The notes below the pieces were generated by a model. The model did no database searches and was not told the origin of the DNA. It was given only the letters and a program-made list of their open reading frames with translations. From NCBI GenBank assembly GCA_951406725.2, contig OX597826.1, positions 41,726,001-41,790,000 on the forward strand: a stretch of DNA of 64,000 nt. Direction: 5' to 3'. The translations under genes and the position numbers were made by a program. This DNA comes from Octopus vulgaris. Taxonomy: Eukaryota. This document shows positions 54,292 through 64,000 of the stretch, in pieces; position 1 is the stretch's first letter; every line of letters begins with the position of its first letter.

Positions 54292-54654
54292 ATATAAGCA
54301 ATGCAGTTTTTGGAGTCACAAGGAAGGGGCCCTAGAGATGAGAACAAAATCAGTCGTCTTTATTTCTCGGTCATCATAGATTAACAATAAAGCCATTATC
54401 AACATTCTTTTCTCCTCTCATCCATTCCTCCCTCTCTGCCTCTCTATCATTCCCCTTCTCTGTGATTATGACGAAGAATTATTTTTTAAAGCTCAATTTA
54501 CTCAATAGCCGAAAGCCTGTTATAAATATAATTCTAGAACAAATAAGCACCAGCACGTTGATGACCCACCAACATTCACTACATCAAGATGATTGCGCTC
54601 TTGGTGAACCAACGGCACTGTTTTACGTAACTCACTCCTCATCTCTTCTGACTC

Positions 54655-54972
54655 TCTGTGTTCTGAGTTCCAATCTCACCGTGGTCATCTTCAACTCCCA
54701 TTTTTTCGGGATCGATAAAGCGTAAGGCTTGGAGAGAGGATGCCAGAATTGCTAGATCATTTGATGAGAATCCATTCGACATCTGTTCCAATTTTTTGCG
54801 TTCTAAATTCTTGCCCAGCCTCCAATAAACAATCCTTCCGATGGCCCAAAATAGATTTTACAGGAACTATATAATAGTGGAAGCCCCTGTCAGCTATATC
54901 AGACGGATCAAAATATTGAGGAAATACCAGCTCACTCTGTTTAAAACCCTTACACTTGGAAAAAAAAGCAAA
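54655..54972 (+). repeat. ~320-bp local duplication, copy 1 (copy 2 at ~58929-59245)
   Basis: Near-identical sequence from TCTGTGTTCTGAGTTC to CTTACACTTGGAAAAAAAAGCAAA. Confidence 0.9.
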
Positions 54973-56012
54973 ATTGTCGCATCGACTTCATGATGAGTCG
55001 TTGTGTAGACTCTGTGATTAAATATATAATTCAACTGAAATGAAATTTCCCTTCTTCTTCCGTTTCTGTCTACTCTATATTTCCTGTCATGTACTTTAGC
55101 AACCCAACTTATAGTTCCACCACATTTCACGCTGAAGTTAATTTTCATTAATTTCCTAAGGCAGCTTTTACTTCGTGTTGATATATATACAGGAATGGCT
55201 TCGTTCCTTTGTTCGTTCCTGGACGAGTTATATACCTACCGTTTACGATGTCAACAACCAGTATCTGTTGTGCGACTACAGGAGTAACAGTCTTTCGTTC
55301 AACAGCGGCTGATAAGGTAAACAGTAGCAAGACCAACTTGATTGCCACACCAAGAAACATGGAGTAAATATTCTGTTCGCATTATGTGGTGTACAGGAGA
55401 CTCAATATATCTATTTATCAAGGCGGCGAGCTGACAGAAACGATAGCACGCCTGGTGAAATGCTTCGTCTGTCTTTACATTCTGAGTTCAAATTCCGCCG
55501 AGGTCAACTTCACCTTTCATCATTTCGGGGTCGATAAATTAAGTACCATTTGCGTCCTGAGGTCAATCTAATCGACTGATACCCTCCCCCAAAATTTCGG
55601 GCCTTCTCCCTAGAGTAGAAACGGATATATCTTTTTAATTCATTCACATGCACATACGCATGCGTACATGCATATAAAAACGTGCACGCACACACACACT
55701 AACACACACACACACACTAACACACACACTCAAGTATAAAAATTTTGATGGCCTTCCAGAGAGTTTACGTCAACCAAATTTCCCTCATTATCAGAGGCTA
55801 TGTATCGAAAATGACATTTGCTCAAGGTGCCGAACTGTGGGGGGCGAAATTAAAGTCATGCCTATGTTTATAAATCTTTGTGTGCTTGTGTATATATGTA
55901 TATATTTGTGTGTGTGTGTGTATACTTTTTCATATACTAAGATATACATGCATATATGTATATATATATTTGTATATGTGGGTGTACACTGTTTCATGCT
56001 TTAGGATATATA

Positions 56013-56083
<71 letters not shown>

Positions 56084-56594
56084 TACAGTGAGAGAGAAAG
56101 AGAGAGAGAGTGAGTGAGTGTCAAATAATTACTTATACTCGGCTCTTATGCATATGTTAATCTCTAGGGATTGTTACATAAGTACATAAGCGACCTACAA
56201 AAGGATAATCATGAGAAATACAACTTTCCTTCTAAAAATACATAAATTCGAAATAAAAAGATTTCGGTGGCCTATCAAATTTTTTGCTAAATTATCAAAA
56301 ATCCTGAATGAAGTAGTCCAAAATAAGGCGCTTAGTCTTCTCGATTTTCATCAGGAAGTTCCTTCTCATTTACAAATTAAAACTATATATAGACTGCATA
56401 TAGACTGACTCTAGAGACATAAATGTATCAAACTGCATTAGGTCTGCACTCTAGAAGTTTATTTTACCAACACCCGAACACATGTTTATATATAAATACA
56501 CACACACACACACACACGCACACACCCAAACACACACATATATATATATATATATACATATGTATATGTATATTTGTATAAGTATATGTATATG

Positions 56595-58008
<1,414 letters not shown>

Positions 58009-58011
<3 letters not shown>

Positions 58012-58434
58012 TATACACACCCACGCGTGCATACTCACACATGAATATGCATTCATTTCCTATTCTTTATATACTTGTTTCAGTCTTTGGATTGATGTCA
58101 TGCTGGTGCACTCGTGGGCTGAAAACCTATAAAACTTATGTTTTAATCCCACACTGTATCGATCATGAATAAATTGAAAGAAAAGTCGATTCTAATCATG
58201 TGAGATTTGATAATGGAACACCAAGTGTCACCCCAAGAACGATATTGGATTAAAGGTAACTGTATGCGAACTCAGCAGATAGGCTCTGCCTTTAGAACAA
58301 AGTGTCTGCCCGATTATTACGGTAAGAGGATAAGCATTTTCTGAAAATTCTTCCTTGTACTTTATATTTCAATGAAGAGTTCCGTTCAAAGATTGAACTG
58401 AAATACTCCACTGAATTACAATACTTTTAATACA
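58009..58434 (+). repeat. 426-bp local duplication, copy 2
   Basis: Matches 45161-45586 and begins at the Tc1 terminus. Confidence 0.95.
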
Positions 58435-58928
58435 AATTAAAACATTGTAGAAGTTTTGAATATACCGAGGCGTGTGGTGTGGCAGTTTAGTGTATCCACC
58501 TCTCTCCCATCTAAGTGACCGAGAGAATGAACCGGCAGTAAATTATGTTCTAAGGGCGAGGTAAAGAATTCACAGGCAGATAAATATTAGGTTCAAATTT
58601 TTGCATAAGGTCCGCAATTTCAGGGGAGAAGATAAGTCGATTTTATCGTCCCTAGTATTTAGCTGGTACTTATTATATTTTATCAACCCCAAAAGGATAA
58701 AAAGCAAAGTCGACCTCGATGGCATTTGAACTCAGAACGTAAAGATGGACGAAATGCCGCTAAGCTTTTTTCCCGGGGTGCTAACCATTTTCCCGACGTG
58801 CTGTTCTTTCTTACATTACTAATGCTTTAACATTGAAAAATATGGTTGTTATTGTTGTTGTTGTTGTTTAAAGGTGGTGAATGGACTGAGTCGTTAGAGC
58901 ATTGGAGAGAATATGTTGTGATATCTCT

Positions 58929-59245
58929 TCTGTGTTCTGAGTTCAAATCTCACCGTGGTCATCTTCAACTCCCATTTTTTCGGGATCGATAAAGCGTAAG
59001 GCTTGGAGAGAGGATGCCAGAATTGCTAGATCATTTGATGAGAATCCATTCGACATCTGTTCCAATTTTTTGCGTTCTAAATTCGTGCCCAGCCTCCAAT
59101 AAACAACCCTTCCCATGGCCCAAAATAGAGTTTACATGAACTATATAATAGTGGAAGCCCCTATTATATATCAGACGGATCAAAATATTGAGGAAAATAC
59201 CAGCTCTCTCTGTTTAAAACCCTTACACTTGGAAAAAAAAGCAAA
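58929..59245 (+). repeat. ~320-bp local duplication, copy 2
   Basis: Matches 54655-54972. Confidence 0.9.
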
Positions 59246-60225
59246 TATCAGAAAACTTGACCTTTAGAATCAAGTATTAGTAATTAAATACGAATGTGGG
59301 TCATGATAATATTAGTGATAAGAGTAAATATCTTCTAGAGATAAAGTAAATATTTCTTCGTGCAAGAGTTTAACAAAGGGTTGAATGACATAAAAATAAT
59401 CCAGTGTGATAACGTATGCATATATAAACATAACGTAATTAGAATGGCACGTGGAAAGTACATACATTAAAATAAATATACATGTTTTCACATAATTTTT
59501 TTGGAAAAGTTGAAGGATCTCTGCTGTTACAATTTGACAATGGTTGTGGAGTAGAAACTGTCTAGATATGTACTTTTGATTGTAGTGTTTGTTTGTTGTT
59601 AGAAGCAATGTTATCCTGACAAGAATAGCGGAACTTAACATTATTCGTGTTCAAGAGTTTTATTTGAGTGCGGGTGAGAAATGAATCATCCCATCTATAT
59701 TCGATGGTGGATTAAACCAAATTACGTCCCTTTTTCTGATTCTGCTATGGTTTGTACATGTGTGTGTGTGAGAAATTTTGGGATATTATCTTCCTTTTAA
59801 AGCTGCTTGTAGGAAAGAAAAGTATCGTTACAACAGCGGGGCTTCAAATGATATCCTTGTCAACAAATCAGAGACTTTCCTACTTATTCCGTCTGCAAGA
59901 TTTCTAATCATGACTGGAGGTGGGGTAGATATGGTGTTGGATTGTGGAGTGTGTGTGCGTATGTAGGTGTTTGTGTGTGTATGTGTGTGTGTGCATGTAT
60001 CCTTGTCTGGCTTTCTATAAAAGTAGTGGTATGTCTATGAAGTTTCCTATCGCTACATTTGAGCTGATGGTCGTTTAAATCAAATTCATTGTATATTTCT
60101 ATTAAGTTGCTTTTAAAGCTATCTATTGCCTGGACATTCATGTTACATGCACACACACAAGCAGACGCGCGCGCACACACACACATACACACACACGCAC
60201 ACACGACACACATTTATACGTACAT

Positions 60226-60277
<52 letters not shown>

Positions 60278-60281
<4 letters not shown>

Positions 60282-60680
60282 AGTGGCTGTGTGATAAGTA
60301 GCTTACTTACCGACCACATGGTTCAGGGTTGAGTTCCACTACGTGGCACCTTGGGCAAGTGTCTTCTACTATAGCCTCGGGCCGACCAAAGCCTTGTGAG
60401 TGGATTTGGTAGACGGAAACTGAAAGAAGCCCGTCGTATATATGTAGATATATGTATGTATATGAATGTGTTTGTGTGTATGTGTTTGTCCTCCCAACAT
60501 CGCCTGACAACCGATGCTGGTATGTTTACGTCCCCGTAACTTAGCGGTTCGTCAAAAGAGACCGATAGAATAAGTACTAGGCTTACAAAGAATAAGTCCT
60601 GGGATCGATTTGCTCGACTAAAAGGCGGTGCTCCAGCATGGCCACAGTCAAATGACTGAAACAAGTAAAAGAGTAAAAGA

Positions 60681-60682
<2 letters not shown>
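60278..60682 (+). mobile_element. Full-length CORE-like tRNA SINE in (TA)n
   Basis: Homologous to 13229-13645; tail AAGTAAAAGAGTAAAAGAGT. Confidence 0.9.
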
Positions 60683-60718
<36 letters not shown>

Positions 60719-60781
60719 TATATATTCAAATATATATGACAGACGTGTTCCATGGAAGAACTTATAACCTGCTGACGTGCC

Positions 60782-60858
60782 AATTCCTGAGCTTGATTTC
60801 GAATTACGGTTAAAAATATTCAACTTGGTTTAGTCTGCCAATTCCCTTCAGAGAAATC
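60782..60858 (-). ncRNA. Decayed type I hammerhead-like motif
   Basis: GATTTCT-CTGAAGG-GAATT(...)AATTC-GAAATCAAGCTC-AGGAATT. Stems I and II pair; A9->G in the core and a weak stem III. Confidence 0.4.
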
Positions 60859-61619
60859 TTTAACCTCGGAACAACTTAGCTCTCTCCTTCGAAAACAGAT
60901 CTTGTTACTAGGGAAATGAAACTTTTAATCACACAAACACACGCACAAATATGCAAGTATGTATATACACATGCATGTATGCATATACACAAACACATGT
61001 GTATATACACTCACGTATAACACAAATGCATGTATGTATATACTCACATATATGTATATATATAAAGGGGGGTATTAGTATCAATATGCCTAAGCAAAAT
61101 TTTATTTATGACATACACGCGCGCGCACACACATGTATGTATACACACACATATGCATATATATACATACATACGTTGTAATATATATTCAATTAAATAT
61201 AACATCAGTTCGTTAGATATGATTTAAAGATATAAAATATTAATATTTTGTATGACTAGAATACCATAGGTTAGGATATGTATGATATAGTGAAATCAAG
61301 TAGATGTATGAAAAAAATATTATCCTTCCCTTAGAGAGATATCAGACAAAATTGAAACTGATGGGATTGGAACGAAAAGAAAACAGACAAACTTACTGGA
61401 ACTGGAAGAAAGAGTTTAATGCCTTGGATGTTCTTTCATGTAGTTTCGTGTTGAGACTTGCAGAATGACATTCTATTCGATTGTTGCAATTAGCAAAAAT
61501 GGTAAATGTATAAATATAAAGGCATTGTGGTGTGGTGGCTTGTAACTTAAAGCTGTAAGGGGTTGTAATAGTAGATTGTACATACGATTATATTTTATTA
61601 TTTATGTAACTTCTCTAAG

Positions 61620-63600
61620 TTACTTTCTACAAGGGAACGAAAGATGTGTGAGCTGTATAACTCAAATGATACAGACTAGTTTCCGTACGATATTGTTTTT
61701 TGGAGTCAGAAGTCTTTAGTGTAACTACATCACTTAGTTCTCTGATTCTTTGGCTGGTCATTAGTATAGATATTATATAATAGTGGGTCCAGCATACAAA
61801 CTTTTTGCAAGTCATTTTGTTTTAAACACCAGTGACTTTCCTTCATCAAGACAGCAAAAATGCACCTATCTTTCATGAGGGCACTAATGAAGCTTCCAAG
61901 GTCAATTTTTCTGTCGGAGCCAATAGCTTGCAGTATGTGTGACAGACAGATCAACAAAAATGGCTCCCGAACAGTTTTTTTTCTGAAACCTATCCTATAT
62001 TGCATGATATTCAGAAATTGACTTGTAAATTTGCAAGGTCGTAATCAACAACATGGGCAAAATTATTAAGGATCATGTACTTAAAAAGTGTATACGGGTG
62101 GTATATCAGAAAGATTGGATGGAAGTTCTTTGCATACACTGGATCTTTGTCCAGTTTGAAGAGAAAATAATCTTCGTTTTCCACCAGATTTTTGGGGTAC
62201 TTTTTGTCATTATGCACTTCTTCGTCAGCACAAGAATCTATTTTCGCATCAAAAGTTCAAAGTACTTATTTCTTCTGTGAAAATGTTATGCAGTTCAATG
62301 GCCTTACCGGTCTTAATCGTGTTGATGCTTATACTGGGCTCTTCGATAATAAACTGTTAAGTCAATTCAGAGGTTTGGGAGTGATTTACTCGACCTACTT
62401 TTGGCCATGGCTGTTTAATGGTGCATTTCCCATAGAGTAGCAGTTCTGAAATGGTTGCTGGTGATGGTATACTACTGCGGGGTAGGGTTCGATGGATTAA
62501 TCGGATGAAGCTTTACACCTTTCAGTTGATTTTTTCTGTATCTGTTGTCTCAACCAGATTACATCACTTCTGCTGTTGATGTTGGGTCTTTCGCCTACTT
62601 CAATGATACTTTCAACCAAGTGATCAGACTCATAGAGCAGTTGGTATTTCTCCTACAGTTTGGTAATTTGAGCATCAAGACCCGGACGTATTGAATGTAG
62701 CTGCCTCTTTAGATATTCTTGAGGACTGCTTGGTGCACATATTTGTGGAATTACCACAATTCTTGACAAACTTCCTTTTTAGAGATGGACGACTTTTTAG
62801 AAAAGGACAATTTCGTTTCTAGAGACGAACAACTTCCTTTCTAGAGATAGACAATGTTTCTTCCTAGATCTTGAAAGCCAAACCATTTCGCTTACCTCAA
62901 GTTGAATTTTCTTCGGAAAGGAAAAGTAACTGAAAATGATTGCCGCATTGACTGTAACGCTGACGGGACGATATTGGGTCTTAGCAGTGAGTCCAAGAAT
63001 AGATTCTTGTTTAATCCATTGATCTTGTGGCTTACAAACACGATTCCAAAGTTTTACACCACCGAGGAACTTCGATTGTTTGGCATCTAAACCAGACACA
63101 TATGGCTGTTTTCAACCCATGATTGTATTGCATCTCCTTCAGTGTTGTTGTTGGCCTACCCCCTTGCGTGCTGTGACTACTGATATCTTCAATCACAATC
63201 TTCAGTAATACGAATGATGGTATTTCAGACATGTCTAGGGGGCGTGAACGGCCGTTTGTAAACTGAGGTAACGGTAACTCCTCGGCGCCCAATGACTTCA
63301 TAGTTATTTTTCTCTCTTTGATGTTGGTTTGGTGATTTCCCAGTGTTTTGGTGGGATAATGCTATCACATTTTTCGTGTAGTCTGTCCGTGGGGTGGTCA
63401 TACCTTCCACATTAGGGCGAGAGATTTTGGTCCATGGTGGGTTTATTGTGGACAGAAAATATCTCAGTGATTATCTTTGTATAATCTTGCAACAAGTTCC
63501 TGGCAACAAGACAACTTTTCAACATTCCGAGATATAATAATTAGTGCTCGACATAAAGGCAGAAGTTACCTTTATTCTTGCTCCAAGTTGCGGGGCTTCT
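61620..63600 (-). pseudogene. Decayed APE+RT LINE (Vingi/Ingi-like)
   Basis: Fragments ALIIISRNVEKL, VTVTSVYKRP and IEDISSHST (APE, cf. IGDFNSH); KDPVYAKNFHPIFL, GFRK and LDPLLYNIYTNDQP (RT). Many stops and frameshifts. Confidence 0.75.
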
Positions 63601-64000
63601 GGCATCTGTTAGTAATATTTAGTATTACTGGGTAGGGATAGCGACGTAAACATGAGACCCCTACATTTAGTTACACAGTTACACACACACATACATATAT
63701 TAACAAACACCTATCTACCTACCTACCTACCTACCTACCTACCTACCTACCTACCTACCTACCTACCTACCTACCTACCTACCTATCAGTACACACAGAC
63801 AAACACACGCACACACACATACACACATACATACGTACCTATATGAATTTCCTTTGTAACATTTGCTCTCCATCAAGCTGCTTACCTGATCACACTCTAA
63901 ATGACATTGACATTGTAATAATATATCATCGTAGCTTCTTTACTGTTTGCTGTTGTGGTGGTAATTACTGTTAATTATAAACTCAACCTTCTGATTGTTA

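Overview
This is AT-rich, microsatellite-saturated animal DNA, not prokaryotic. The SINE families resemble those I associate with octopus (coleoid cephalopod) genomes; that assignment is an inference. No intact host gene is recognisable, and most ORFs in the track are translations of (TA)n, (CA)n, (GTAT)n or (CTAT)n repeats. The window is a graveyard of mobile elements. DNA elements include three mariner families, a Tc1, non-autonomous Helitrons and MITEs (hAT-like, Merlin-like and long-TIR). Retroelements include a two-LTR Gypsy remnant, LINE fragments (REL/R4-Dong-like, CR1-like, Vingi/Ingi-like), a Penelope-like element (PLE) and several tRNA-derived SINE families. Four signals stand out. 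(1) Minimal type I hammerhead-ribozyme motifs are dispersed through the window, best at 50416-50469 and 27191-27235, mostly in short islands inside microsatellites. (2) Fold-back structures recur: a 361-bp near-perfect palindrome, a Helitron inside a 50-bp palindrome, and a SINE unit bracketed by 48-bp inverted copies. (3) A SINE multimerises as a head plus n ~180-bp units with an invariant junction. (4) A degenerate 27-bp tandem array has units that read like GTAAG...TGCAG mini-introns. All coordinates and alignments were read by eye.
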